A DNA stretch of 64,000 nucleotides from an uncultured Gemmatimonadales bacterium (GCA_963701965.1 OY969695.1:4544001-4608000), one strand, 5' to 3'. Positions 11,216-21,204 are shown, numbered from the stretch's first letter. Translations and numbers: made by a program. Notes: generated from the letters alone by a model not told the origin.

Positions 11216-12103
11216 ATGCGTACTCTATGTCTCGCTGCGGCGCTCACGCTCTCGGCGTCCCCCGCCGCGCTTCGCACACACGACTCGAACCGGATCACGA
11301 TTCTCTACAATGCCTTCGGCGTCGCCCCCGGTCTCACGCGAGACTGGGGGTTCTCGGCGCTGATCGAGTACCAGGGCAAGCGGATCCTGTTCGACGCGGG
11401 GAACAACGCCGAGATCTTTGCCCGCAACGTGCGCGCACTGCACGTCGATCTCCGACGACTGGATTTCGTCGTGATCTCCCACCGTCACGGCGATCACACC
11501 GCGGGGCTGAGCTACCTGCTGCAGGTCAACCCCGGCGTCCGCGTGTATGCGCCCAAGGAATCGTTCGGCGTGTTCGGCGCGGCCCTGCCGGGCACGTTCT
11601 ACCGCCGCGACTCCACCTTGCCGCCGCGCATGCGCTATTTCGCCGGCGAGCCGCCCGAAGAATTGCGGTTCGGCACGCCCTGGCCCGCGGGCCATTTCGT
11701 GTGGGTCGACACCCTCACCGAGATCGCGCCCGGCCTCTCGATCATCTCCACCGTCTCGCAAACACCCGGCACGCTGGAGCTCCGCGAGCTGTCGCTCGCC
11801 ATTCGCACCCCACAGGGCCTCATCCTCGTCGTGGGTTGCTCGCACCCCGGCATCGAGACCATCGTGCAGGCCTCGGCGCCGCTCGGCGACCACGTGCACC
11901 GGATCTTCGGCGGTCTGCACTTAGTGACGACTCCAGACGCCGAGATCGCCCGGATCGCCGGCGCACTGCACGACCGCTGGCGCGTGGACGCCATAGCGCC
12001 CGGGCACTGCACTGGTGAACCCGCCTTCGCGACGCTCCGGCGCGTGTTCGGGGACCGCTATGGCTACGCCGGACTGGGCGAAGTGATCGCACTGGACGAC
12101 TGA
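11216..12103 (+). CDS. Secreted MBL-fold metallo-hydrolase
   Basis: Signal peptide; WGFSALIE, ILFDAG, ISHRHGDHTAG, GCSHPG, GGLHL, PGHCTG. Confidence 0.88.
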   Translation: MRTLCLAAALTLSASPAALRTHDSNRITILYNAFGVAPGLTRDWGFSALIEYQGKRILFDAGNNAEIFARNVRALHVDLRRLDFVVISHRHGDHTAGLSYLLQVNPGVRVYAPKESFGVFGAALPGTFYRRDSTLPPRMRYFAGEPPEELRFGTPWPAGHFVWVDTLTEIAPGLSIISTVSQTPGTLELRELSLAIRTPQGLILVVGCSHPGIETIVQASAPLGDHVHRIFGGLHLVTTPDAEIARIAGALHDRWRVDAIAPGHCTGEPAFATLRRVFGDRYGYAGLGEVIALDD

Positions 12104-12127
12104 CGCCCGCGCGGCGATTGTACGCGT

Positions 12128-12547
12128 GTGATTCGCGCCGCGACGCCCCAGGATGCCCCCGCGATCGCCGAGCTGCTTGGGCAGCTCGGGTATCCGACGC
12201 CGGTGCCCGACATCCCGCCGCGTCTCATGCGGTTGGCGGCGCGGGAGGGTGTGGCGTACCTCGCGGCGGACGGGGAGGCTGTTAATGGTCTCATCGCCGG
12301 CGAGCGGTTGGTGCCGCTGACGGGGCAGGACCCGGAGGTGATGCTGATGGCGCTCGTCGTGCGCAATGGGGTGCGCGGATCGGGCGTTGGGCGGGCGCTC
12401 GTCGAGGCGCTCGCGTCGTGGGGGCGGACGTTCGGCGCCGATAGGATCATGGTGACGACCCACGTGAGGCGCGCCGACGCGCACGCGTTCTACGAGCGGC
12501 TCGGTTTCGAGTTCACGGGACGCCGTTACGTCCGGCGGCCACTGTAG
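12128..12547 (+). CDS. GNAT family N-acetyltransferase
   Basis: VRGSGVGRAL acetyl-CoA motif, AHAFYERLGF. Confidence 0.88.
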   Translation: MIRAATPQDAPAIAELLGQLGYPTPVPDIPPRLMRLAAREGVAYLAADGEAVNGLIAGERLVPLTGQDPEVMLMALVVRNGVRGSGVGRALVEALASWGRTFGADRIMVTTHVRRADAHAFYERLGFEFTGRRYVRRPL

Positions 12548-12808
12548 CGCCCTCGTTGGCGTGCGCTGTCGCGTTTCGCGCCGCCGTATTGTGTAACACA
12601 TTCAGCTCGCGGCGCCGCGCGGTCTTTCGCGGCTGAACGCGTGGTCGCCGGTCAAGTTTTCCGCGCCAATCACCACCCGTCATTCCGTCAGGTATCTGCC
12701 ATTTTTCGTGCCGCACTGTTGACGTGACGGTGCGTATATCGGGCAGTCATGACTGTGCGAACGCGATGAGCGATCGCTGCGCGCCCTCCCGCCACGAGAC
12801 GAGTCGTC

Positions 12809-15412
12809 ATGATTGCGCTCCCGAATCTCAAAAAGCGCGTCCCGGATAACGGGGCGCCCAGCGCGCCCGCCTACGATGCGGCGGCGTTGGAGGCGCTGGT
12901 GCGCCGCGCCGAGTCCGCCGCCGGGGAGCTCCGCGCGTTGGACGCGCGCGCGGCGCAGGTGGCGGCGATGGAAGAGCGCATGACCCGACTTGCCGCGGCG
13001 CTCGCCGGCGCCGACCGCGTGGCCACGCAACTGGCGACGCTCGAGGAGCGCACCACGCGCCTCGGCACCGCGCACGAGCGGGCCCAGACGCAGCTCTCCG
13101 CGGCGACGGCCGACGTCGAGCGCGTGCGCGGCGCCTGCGGCACGCTGATCTCGAAAGTCGACTCCGCCCTCGAGCTGCGCGACCAACTCGACCGCCTGCT
13201 GGCGCTCCAGCCGCGGCTCGACGCGCTCCGCGGCGAGGCCGACGCGATGACGGGTGAGATGGGCGACCTGACGGAGCACGTCGGTCGCCTCCGCGCGTTG
13301 CACGAAGACGTGTTGCGCGCCCATAAGCACGCGACGTCGCGCCTCGACGGCATGGACCAGCGCTGGCAGGCGACGGGCAGCAAGATGGACCAGATCGAGC
13401 GCCGCGCATCGTCCGCCGAGCAGGCGCTCGACTCGCTGCTCCGTATCGCCAGCGGCATTCCCGACGTGCAGCACCAGCTCGCCGTGCTCAAAGCGATCGC
13501 CGAGCAGGTCGCGCAAAAGACCGCCGTGCTGGAACAGCAGCGCGACGTCGTCGACCGGGCCGCGAACCAGGTGGCTCACGTCGTGGCCCTCACCGGGCAG
13601 CTCGAGAGCTCCGTGCGCCGGCAAGACGAGCAGGCGCGCTCCTTGAGCGCGCTCGATGCCCGGATGTCCGAAGTGCAAGCGATGCACGCCAAAGTGCTCG
13701 GCCGCTCCGAGGAGATCTTGAGCGGCCAGCGGGAGCTGGACGAGACCGAGCGCGAGGCGACGCGGGTGCTGGCCGATCTCAAAGGCGAGATGCGCACCAG
13801 CATCGAGCGGTTCGAGCTGGAGAATCGCACGCTGGACGCCGTCAGCGAGCGGATCGCCGAGCTGCGGGGCGGCGTCAAGGAATGCGAGACGCGGATCACG
13901 GCGCTCGACGCCACGACGCGGGCCGTGGCCGACACCGAGGCCCGCGCCCGCGCGCTGGCGGCGCAGGTCACAGGCGTGGGCGAAGACGTGCACCGGATCG
14001 CGGCGCAAGCCGACAAGCTCCGGGCGGTGCGCGACAATGTCGGGCAGTTGGAGCGGCAGTTGGACGACATGTCGCAGCGCATGGACCGCGTGGAGAAAGT
14101 GCGGCCGCTCGTCGATGGAATCACGCGCGATCTGGCGACGCTCAACGGGACGCACGAGTCGATTCGTGATGGGCTGGAGCAGGTGCGCGTCGCCTATGCC
14201 GAGATGACGCGGTTGCGCGAGCGCCAGGGCGAAACGGACGCGTGGCTGGCCGAGGCGGACGAGCGGACCACGAGCCTCATGGCGCACGTCGCCGAGCTCG
14301 AGCGCATGCGGCCGGGCATGGACGCGCTGCGGGGACAGGTCGACCATCTCACGTCGGCAATGGCATCGCTGGATGAGCGGCGCGGCGTGGTCGATGCGCT
14401 GTACCAGCGCATGGGCGAGCTCGAGTCCACCGTGTCGCAGCTGGACGAGCGCAGTGAGAACGTGCGGCAGCGGATGGACGCGGCCGAGGGGCGGTTTACC
14501 GATCTGTCGCGCCAGGCGGCCGAAGCGCAGCGTGTCGCCGCGACGATTGCGTCGGTGACGACGGCGGTCGAGTCGGCGGAACGGCGCATGCGCACCGTGA
14601 ACGGCACCATCGAGGGCGTCGAGTCGAAGGCACAAGCGCTCGATGGGTTGGGGGAGCGGATGCGGTTGCTCGGCCAGGAGTTGGAGCAGCGCCAAGGGGC
14701 GCTCGACAAGGCGACCGAGCATCTGGCGCGGGCCTCGGACGTGCGGCGCGAGGCGGCCGACGCGGCCCAGCATCTCGACGATCTCACGCGCGGCATCGCC
14801 GGGCAGTTGGCGGCGGCCAATGGGCGCGCCACGTCGCTGGAGCAGATCCTCCAAGGCCTCGACGGACGCGTGGCGTCGCTGGGCGACGTCGAGAAACGCA
14901 TGGCGCGGTTCGAGGAGCTGCTCGGCCGGTGGGAGTCGGCGCAGGCCTTGGCGGCCAATGCGCTGGAGCAGATCGTCAGCCGGCAGGCAATGGTCAATGC
15001 AGTGCAGGCGCAGATCACGCACGCGTCCGAGATCGCCGAGCGGACGGCCGAGAATGTCCGGTCGATCACGGCGTCGCGGCAGGAGATCGAAGAGACCCGG
15101 GGCATCCTGGAGACCACCCGCGAGCAGCTGCGCGGGGCGACGGAGACCATGCGGGATCTCAGCGATCGGCGGCGGCAGCTCGACGAGCTCGAGGGCCGGC
15201 TGGCGCGCGCCGACGCGCTCGCGGTCAGCGTGCGCTCTACGATCGAAGTCATTGCGGCACAGCGCTCGGTGGTCGACCAGGTCCTGGAACGGTCTGGCAC
15301 GCTCGCCTTCCAAATGAAGCAGGCCGAGAATCTGGCGGAAGCCTTGCGCACCGAGTGCCTCCTGGCCGCCCAGCTGCGCTCGACGGTCGAGGAGCTCCGG
15401 CGGGACAGCTAG
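12809..15412 (+). CDS. 867-aa all-alpha coiled-coil protein of unknown function
   Basis: Heptad-patterned A/E/R/L/Q-rich ORF; no Walker motifs, TM helices or signal peptide visible. Confidence 0.85.
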   Translation: MIALPNLKKRVPDNGAPSAPAYDAAALEALVRRAESAAGELRALDARAAQVAAMEERMTRLAAALAGADRVATQLATLEERTTRLGTAHERAQTQLSAATADVERVRGACGTLISKVDSALELRDQLDRLLALQPRLDALRGEADAMTGEMGDLTEHVGRLRALHEDVLRAHKHATSRLDGMDQRWQATGSKMDQIERRASSAEQALDSLLRIASGIPDVQHQLAVLKAIAEQVAQKTAVLEQQRDVVDRAANQVAHVVALTGQLESSVRRQDEQARSLSALDARMSEVQAMHAKVLGRSEEILSGQRELDETEREATRVLADLKGEMRTSIERFELENRTLDAVSERIAELRGGVKECETRITALDATTRAVADTEARARALAAQVTGVGEDVHRIAAQADKLRAVRDNVGQLERQLDDMSQRMDRVEKVRPLVDGITRDLATLNGTHESIRDGLEQVRVAYAEMTRLRERQGETDAWLAEADERTTSLMAHVAELERMRPGMDALRGQVDHLTSAMASLDERRGVVDALYQRMGELESTVSQLDERSENVRQRMDAAEGRFTDLSRQAAEAQRVAATIASVTTAVESAERRMRTVNGTIEGVESKAQALDGLGERMRLLGQELEQRQGALDKATEHLARASDVRREAADAAQHLDDLTRGIAGQLAAANGRATSLEQILQGLDGRVASLGDVEKRMARFEELLGRWESAQALAANALEQIVSRQAMVNAVQAQITHASEIAERTAENVRSITASRQEIEETRGILETTREQLRGATETMRDLSDRRRQLDELEGRLARADALAVSVRSTIEVIAAQRSVVDQVLERSGTLAFQMKQAENLAEALRTECLLAAQLRSTVEELRRDS

Positions 15413-15424
15413 GCGCGCCGAGAA

Positions 15425-15668
15425 GGCGCCGCGAGGGGCAGGGGGCTGGGCTTTTGACGAGCCGCAGGCGCCGCGCGGGGCACGGGGGCTGGCCGTGTGC
15501 AGGGCGCAGCGGCTCAGCCGCCTGCGCTTCAAACCGAGTGGCCTTTTGACGAGCCGTGGGCGCCGCGCGGGGCACGGGGCTGGCCGTGTGCAGGGCGCAG
15601 CGGCTCAGCCGCCTGCGCTTCAAACCGACTGGCCTTTTGACGAGCCGCAGGCGAGTCAAAACGGCCGG
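15425..15668. repeat. ~92-bp palindromic tandem repeat (REP/BIME-like cluster)
   Basis: CTTTTGACGAGCCG starts at 15451, 15543 and 15634 (periods 92 and 91); two near-identical full units, a degenerate upstream part and a terminal complete palindrome at 15631-15666. Confidence 0.9.
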
Positions 15669-15727
15669 CGCGTTTCGTCCGATACGTCTAATCGTCTGGA
15701 GATTATCACTAAATGGAGAGAGGGGAG

Positions 15728-16708
15728 ATGACACGACAGAGCCTCGCGGGGATACGGGTCGCCGCGGGTATGGCGCTTTCCGTCGCCGTGATGAGCGCAT
15801 GCGCCCACCACGCGCGCCAACACGTTGTCGCCGCACGCGTCGCACCGGTCGATAGCACGCCCGCCGCGGCACCAGCCGCGCCGCCGGCTGCCGCTCCGGC
15901 CGCCGAGGTCGCGGCGACACCCGCGCCCGCGCCCGCCGCACCGGCGCCGTCCACCTTCGCGCACAGCCTCGCGCTGACCAAAGAGCGCGGATCCCGCTCG
16001 CAGGTGCGAAAGGGCGAACACGCCGCCGCGCCGTATATCGATCGCGACGGCGGTCCCAAGAACGCTGGCATGATCCTCGGGTCGAGCGAGATCTCCGGCA
16101 TTCAAGCGATCGCCCCGCGCGAGCCCTACATGCTCCACGAGGTGCTGTATATCCGCATGCCCAAGGGCGTCACCCCGACCGTCGGGATGCGCCTCTCCAC
16201 CGTGGAGCTCGGCCCCGAGTTCGAGAGCCGCGGTCAAGTCATGGTCCCGAGCGGAGAGCTCGTCGTGGTTGCCGCTGGCGGCGACGCCGAAGCGACCAGC
16301 GCCGAGATCGTGCAGCAGTTCGGTGAAATCGAGCCCGACCATCTGGTGGTCCCGCTCGAGACGCCCGCCTATCCCCCCGTCGGCGACCGCGCCGTCGCCG
16401 CACCGGATGGCGTCAAAGGCTCCGTGCTCTGGGTGTCCAGCAACCCCGTACTGCCAAGCCTCGGCTACTACGTCGTGCTGACGCCAACGGAAGCCGACGG
16501 CGTGCGCCTCGGCGATCAGTTCTCGATCATCCGACCGCGGATGCGCGATGAAGCGACCGGTCTTTGGCTCCCCGAGCAGGACATCGCCACCACGCAAGTC
16601 GTGCGCGTCGGACCCAAGAGCGTGACCGCCGTGGTCATCGCGCAGACAATGCCCGCGATCATGGCTGGTGATGCCGTGCGGCTAACCGCGCGGATGGCCG
16701 CGCGATAG
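15728..16708 (+). CDS. Lipoprotein with Ala/Pro linker and beta-rich C-terminal domains (TsaP/FlgT_C-like, no LysM)
   Basis: Purine-rich SD; lipobox VMSAC; AP-rich linker; C-terminus DGVRLGDQFSIIR...QVVRV...AVVI...GDAV resembles a FlgT_C-like barrel (from recall). Confidence 0.65.
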   Translation: MTRQSLAGIRVAAGMALSVAVMSACAHHARQHVVAARVAPVDSTPAAAPAAPPAAAPAAEVAATPAPAPAAPAPSTFAHSLALTKERGSRSQVRKGEHAAAPYIDRDGGPKNAGMILGSSEISGIQAIAPREPYMLHEVLYIRMPKGVTPTVGMRLSTVELGPEFESRGQVMVPSGELVVVAAGGDAEATSAEIVQQFGEIEPDHLVVPLETPAYPPVGDRAVAAPDGVKGSVLWVSSNPVLPSLGYYVVLTPTEADGVRLGDQFSIIRPRMRDEATGLWLPEQDIATTQVVRVGPKSVTAVVIAQTMPAIMAGDAVRLTARMAAR

Positions 16709-16774
16709 GCGAATTGACGTAGTCCGGAGAGGCGGCGCGCCCGGGCGGCCCTGGTTACATTAGACCGGGACGCC

Positions 16775-17587
16775 ATGATTGCGACCGCCCTCTTCTGTGC
16801 CGTCCTCTGCTACGCCGCGGCCGTAGCGTTGGCGGCGATGCCATTTGCCCGCCCCGTCGGCGCGCCCGTACGCGCCGTCGTGGCGGTCTTGGGGACCGGT
16901 GTCGCTGCCCACCTCGCCGCCGTGATGACCGCGGCCTGGCTGTCCGGTCAGCTCCCCCTCATGGGCTTGGGACCGGCCCTCTCGTTCGCCGCGCTGGCCC
17001 TGGCCACCGCCGTGCTGGTCGTCGAGCTCCTCGCCCACGAAGTCACGCTCACCCTGGTCGCCGTCCCCCTGGCCGCCGTCGCCACGGGCGCGGCCGCCGT
17101 GCTGTGGCAAAGCGCCGGCCCGGACGTCCTTCCTACGGGCCTCCGCGGCGCCTGGCTGGCCGCGCACATCGCCCTGTCGTTCGCCGGCATCGCGGCCCTG
17201 GGCACCGCCGGCGCCGCCGGCGCGCTGTACCTGATCGAACGCCACCAACTCAAGGCCCGGCGGTTCGGCGCCGTGTTCCGCCTCTTTCCGCCACTCGAGA
17301 CCCTCGATCGCGTGAACCACATCGGCGGCGTCACCGCGTGGATCGCGCTGACGGGCGGCGTGGCCCTCGCGGTGTCCTATTCGGCGACCTACCACGTCGC
17401 CGATCTCTCGCAGATCCTGTGGGGCGTAGGGGCGTGGGTCGCCGCCAGTGCGGTCGCGCTGGGCCGCATCGTCGGCGGCTGGCAGGCCCGGCGCGCCGCG
17501 GTCGTCGCCAGCGTCGCCTTCGCGCTCGTCATCGCCTCGTACGTCGCGGCCCGGGCGCTGGCGGCCCGGCCCGGTCAGTTCTTGTGA
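16775..17587 (+). CDS. Cytochrome c assembly-family membrane protein (CcsA/HemX-like)
   Basis: About 8 hydrophobic segments; WLAAHIAL, QLKARRFG..FRLFPPLETLDR, GWQARRAA; adjacent to hemA. Confidence 0.85.
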   Translation: MIATALFCAVLCYAAAVALAAMPFARPVGAPVRAVVAVLGTGVAAHLAAVMTAAWLSGQLPLMGLGPALSFAALALATAVLVVELLAHEVTLTLVAVPLAAVATGAAAVLWQSAGPDVLPTGLRGAWLAAHIALSFAGIAALGTAGAAGALYLIERHQLKARRFGAVFRLFPPLETLDRVNHIGGVTAWIALTGGVALAVSYSATYHVADLSQILWGVGAWVAASAVALGRIVGGWQARRAAVVASVAFALVIASYVAARALAARPGQFL

Positions 17588-18195
17588 GCGCGTATCCCCT
17601 CGTGATCGACGGGACGCGCATCCGGGCGCTGGTTGTCGGTGGCGGCGCCGTCGCCCACCGCAAGGCCGCGGCCCTCGTCGAGGCGGGCGCGACGCTGCGT
17701 GTCGTGGCTCCGACGATCGCCGCGCCAATGCGCGACCTCGCCGCGGCGGCGCCGGCGCGTGTGAGCGTGATCGAGCGCCCGTATGCGGCGGCCGACATTG
17801 ATGATGCCACGCTGGTCGTGGCGGCCACCGACAGCCGGGACGTCAACGCGCGTGTGGCACGAGACGCGCGCGCCGCGGCGCGTCTTGTGAACGTCGCCGA
17901 CGAACCCGCCGACGGCGATTGGACGACGGCCGCGGTGCATCGCGCCGAGCCGCTGGTGATCGCCGTGACCGCCGGTGTGCCCGCCGCATCGGCGCGCGTT
18001 CGCGACGCCCTCGCCGGACGCTTCGACAGCCGCTATGCGCGCTCCCTCGGCGCGCTGGCCGCCCTTCGCCGTCGGCTCCTCGACGCCGCGGGCCCCGCCG
18101 CCTGGCGCGACGCCGAGCAGGCCCTCGTGGGCGCCGATTTCTGCGACGTCATCGAGCACGGGCAATTCGCATCCCGGCTGGCCGCATGGCAGTAA
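17584..18195 (+). CDS. Precorrin-2 dehydrogenase/sirohydrochlorin ferrochelatase (CysG N-terminal/SirC-like)
   Basis: YPLVIDG, LVVGGGAVAHRK, LVVAATD, LVNVAD; GTGA overlap with the upstream gene. Confidence 0.88.
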   Translation: MSAYPLVIDGTRIRALVVGGGAVAHRKAAALVEAGATLRVVAPTIAAPMRDLAAAAPARVSVIERPYAAADIDDATLVVAATDSRDVNARVARDARAAARLVNVADEPADGDWTTAAVHRAEPLVIAVTAGVPAASARVRDALAGRFDSRYARSLGALAALRRRLLDAAGPAAWRDAEQALVGADFCDVIEHGQFASRLAAWQ

Positions 18196-19466
18196 TCGTC
18201 GCCGGAATCAGTCATCGCACGGCGCCCATCGAGGTGCGGGAACGCTGCGTGTTCGGCCCCGCCGCCGTGGGACCGGCGCTGGCGGCCTTGCGGGCGCACG
18301 CCGAGGCCCGCGAAGTGGCCGTGCTGTCCACGTGCAATCGCACCGAGTTCTACGTCGTCGAGGGCGAACGCGACGCCGTTCCGGCCATCGCGGCGCTCCT
18401 GTCGGAGCGTTTGGGGGAGGACGCCGAGGCCCAAGTGCCGGCGGCCGTGTACGTCCGGCGCGATCGCGAAGCCGTGCAGCACCTGATGCGCGTGACGGCG
18501 GGACTCGACGCCATGATCGTCGGCGAAGCCCAGATTCAGGGTCAGGTACGGGACGCGTGGGAAGGCAGCCGCGCCTACACCGGACCCATTCTCAATCGGG
18601 CATTCCAGTCGTCGCTCTCTGTCGCCGGCCGTGTGCGCACCGAGACGGCAATTGGCCGCGGCGCCGCGTCCGTCAGCTCGGCCGCCGTGCAACTCGCCAA
18701 GCAGATCTTCGGGACGCTGCAGGGCCGTCCCGCGATGGTGCTCGGCGCCGGCGAGATGGCCGAGCTGGCCCTCGAGTGCCTGATCGGCGAAGGCGTGCGC
18801 GCGACGTTGGTGGCCAACCGCACGTTCGAGCGCGCCCAGATCCTCGCCCAGCGGCACGGCGCCACCGCCGTCCGCTACGAGGACTGTTGGCAGCGGTTGG
18901 TCGGCGTCGACGTGCTCCTGTGTTCGACGGCCGCGCCCCATCCGATCGTGCTGCCCGAGCACGTGCGGCCCGCGTTGGCCAGCCGTGGCGACCGGCCGTT
19001 GTGTATTCTGGACATCGCGCTCCCCCGCGACGTCGATCCCGCGGTGGGATCACTGGACAACGTATTCCTGTACGATCTCAATGATCTCCGCGCCGTCGTC
19101 GCCGCGAATATCGAGCGGCGGCGGGAGCAGTTGCCGACCGCCGAGCAGCTGATCGCGACGGAAGTCGAGAAGTTCTGGCAGTGGTTGGCCGGGCTCGCCG
19201 CCGTGCCCGTGGTGACCGATGTGCGGGCGGCGATGGAACGACTGCGCGAGGCCGAATTGTCCGCCGCATTGCGCCGGCTCGGGGATCTGACGCCCGAGCA
19301 ACGCGAGGCCATCGACCATTTCTCCAAGGCCCTGATGAACAAATTCCTTCACGAACCGTCCGTGCGCCTGCGCGCCGCGGCCGGCAACGGCCGCGGGCTC
19401 GGCATCGTCGATGCCGCCCGCTATCTGTTCGCCATCGACGAACCGTCCCACTCCGACGAATCGTGA
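18186..19466 (+). CDS. hemA: Glutamyl-tRNA reductase
   Basis: GISHRTAPIEVRE, LSTCNRTE, GEAQIQGQV, GAGEM, DIALPRD. Confidence 0.97.
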   Translation: MAVIVAGISHRTAPIEVRERCVFGPAAVGPALAALRAHAEAREVAVLSTCNRTEFYVVEGERDAVPAIAALLSERLGEDAEAQVPAAVYVRRDREAVQHLMRVTAGLDAMIVGEAQIQGQVRDAWEGSRAYTGPILNRAFQSSLSVAGRVRTETAIGRGAASVSSAAVQLAKQIFGTLQGRPAMVLGAGEMAELALECLIGEGVRATLVANRTFERAQILAQRHGATAVRYEDCWQRLVGVDVLLCSTAAPHPIVLPEHVRPALASRGDRPLCILDIALPRDVDPAVGSLDNVFLYDLNDLRAVVAANIERRREQLPTAEQLIATEVEKFWQWLAGLAAVPVVTDVRAAMERLREAELSAALRRLGDLTPEQREAIDHFSKALMNKFLHEPSVRLRAAAGNGRGLGIVDAARYLFAIDEPSHSDES

Positions 19467-20452
19467 GTCAACGCGTCCTGGTTACCGGCGGCGCGGGCTT
19501 CATAGGCTCCCACGTTGCCGACGCGTTTCTGGCCGCGCAGTGGGACGTCACCATCGCCGACAATCTGTCCAGCGGCCGGCGGGAAAACGTGCCGGAGCGC
19601 GCCACCTTCGTCGACATCGACGTCACGAGCCCGGACGCCGCGCGCCTCGTGCGCGATGGCCGCTTCGACGTCATCACGCATCTCGCCGCCCAGATCAATG
19701 TCCGCAAGAGCGTCGCCGATCCAGTGCACGATGCGGCGATCAACGTGCTCGGCACCCTCAATCTGATCGAGGCCGTGCGCGCCTCGGGCGGCGCCGGCCG
19801 GACGCGGTTCATCTTCTCGTCAACCGGCGGCGCGCTCTACGGCGACTTCGTGACACCGCCGAACGATGAGGCGGCGCCCAAGGACCCGGAGTCGCCCTAC
19901 GGCATCGCGAAACTGAGCGCCGAGTACTATCTCGCCTACTACGCGCGGCTCCACGCCCTTGATACGGTCGCCGTGCGTTACGCGAACGTCTACGGCCCGC
20001 GGCAGGACCCCCATGGCGAGGCCGGTGTCGTGGCGATTTTCTGCAACCGCATCCTGGAGGGACGACCCCTGACGGTATTCGGAGACGGACGACAGACGCG
20101 CGACTATGTGTTCGTCAAGGACGTGGCCCGCGCCAACCTCGCCGCCGCGACGCGCCCGCTGCCGCCGGCCGGACGGCTCGATGCGCGCGGTTTCAACGTT
20201 GGCACCGGCGTCGAGACCAGCGTCTTGGATCTGGGACGGACGTTGAACGCCGTCGCGGGAAAGAACGTGCCCATCGAACACGCGCCGGCCCGCCCCGGCG
20301 AGCAGCTCCGTTCCTCGGTGCGCATCGCCAAGATCGCCCAACAGCTCGATTGGCGTCCCACGGTGTCGCTGGACGCCGGTCTCGCCGAGACCTTCGCCTG
20401 GTTCGCCCAGTTCGCCCAGCAACGCGCCGGTCAGAACCGGCAGCCGGCATGA
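19463..20452 (+). CDS. NAD-dependent epimerase/dehydratase (UDP-glucose 4-epimerase-like)
   Basis: LVTGGAGFIGSH, YGIAK, YANVYGPRQDPHGEAGVV, GDGRQTRDYVFV. Confidence 0.93.
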   Translation: MSQRVLVTGGAGFIGSHVADAFLAAQWDVTIADNLSSGRRENVPERATFVDIDVTSPDAARLVRDGRFDVITHLAAQINVRKSVADPVHDAAINVLGTLNLIEAVRASGGAGRTRFIFSSTGGALYGDFVTPPNDEAAPKDPESPYGIAKLSAEYYLAYYARLHALDTVAVRYANVYGPRQDPHGEAGVVAIFCNRILEGRPLTVFGDGRQTRDYVFVKDVARANLAAATRPLPPAGRLDARGFNVGTGVETSVLDLGRTLNAVAGKNVPIEHAPARPGEQLRSSVRIAKIAQQLDWRPTVSLDAGLAETFAWFAQFAQQRAGQNRQPA

Positions 20453-21204
20453 GCCCGGCGCTCCTGATCCAGGTCGGTGCCGCGATCCCGACATCGCCAC
20501 TCGGTCTCATCATCGCGTCGACGATCTCGACGAAGATCATCCTCGGCCTGCTGGCTACGCTGTCGCTCTTGAGCTGGACGATCATGTTCGCCAAATGGCG
20601 GCAGTTCTCGTCCCTGCAGAGGATCTCGCGCGATTTCCTGGGTCGCTTCGAGCATGCCGAGCGGTTCGACCAGGCGGCGGCGCTGGGCGCGCGGTCGTTG
20701 TCCAACCCCTACACGCGCGTCCTCGCCCGCGCCGCGCAGTTCATCTCGGTCGGTCGGACCAGCCAATCCCTGCCGGCGGGAGGAGGCGGCACGGCCGTCG
20801 CCGCCCCTCCGACCCGGAGCGCCGGCTCCGTGACCGGGGCCCAGGTCGAAGCCATGCGCCTCTTGCTCGACGCCGAGACCAACGTCGAGCGCGACCGCCT
20901 GGCCCACTTCATTCCCTCTCTGGGAACGATTGGCTCCGTGAGCCCGCTCATCGGCCTCCTCGGGACGGTACTGGGCGTCATCGACGCCTTTGTCGGGTTA
21001 TCCGCCAAGGGATCGGGGAACATCGGGGCCGTGGCGCCCGGCGTCGCCGAGGCGCTGATTGCCACGGCCGCTGCACTGTCCGTGGCCATTCCCGCGGTGT
21101 TCGGGTATAACGTCTTCGCCAATCGCCTCAACCGGTTCGACAACGAGCTGGAAGGATTCGGATCGACCGTGATCGCGCTGGCCGTGCGCGAAGGGAAGAT
21201 CTGA
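20449..21204 (+). CDS. tolQ: TolQ (MotA/TolQ/ExbB family)
   Basis: PLIGLLGTVLG, VAPGVAEALIATA; first gene of the tol-pal cluster. Confidence 0.92.
   Translation: MSPALLIQVGAAIPTSPLGLIIASTISTKIILGLLATLSLLSWTIMFAKWRQFSSLQRISRDFLGRFEHAERFDQAAALGARSLSNPYTRVLARAAQFISVGRTSQSLPAGGGGTAVAAPPTRSAGSVTGAQVEAMRLLLDAETNVERDRLAHFIPSLGTIGSVSPLIGLLGTVLGVIDAFVGLSAKGSGNIGAVAPGVAEALIATAAALSVAIPAVFGYNVFANRLNRFDNELEGFGSTVIALAVREGKI

Noticed and set aside
12809..15412. SMC/SbcC or phage tape-measure call
   Set aside because: No Walker A/B or hinge, and no phage genes nearby.
15425..15668. CRISPR array
   Set aside because: Sequences between the recurring motifs are near-identical rather than unique spacers; no cas genes in the window.
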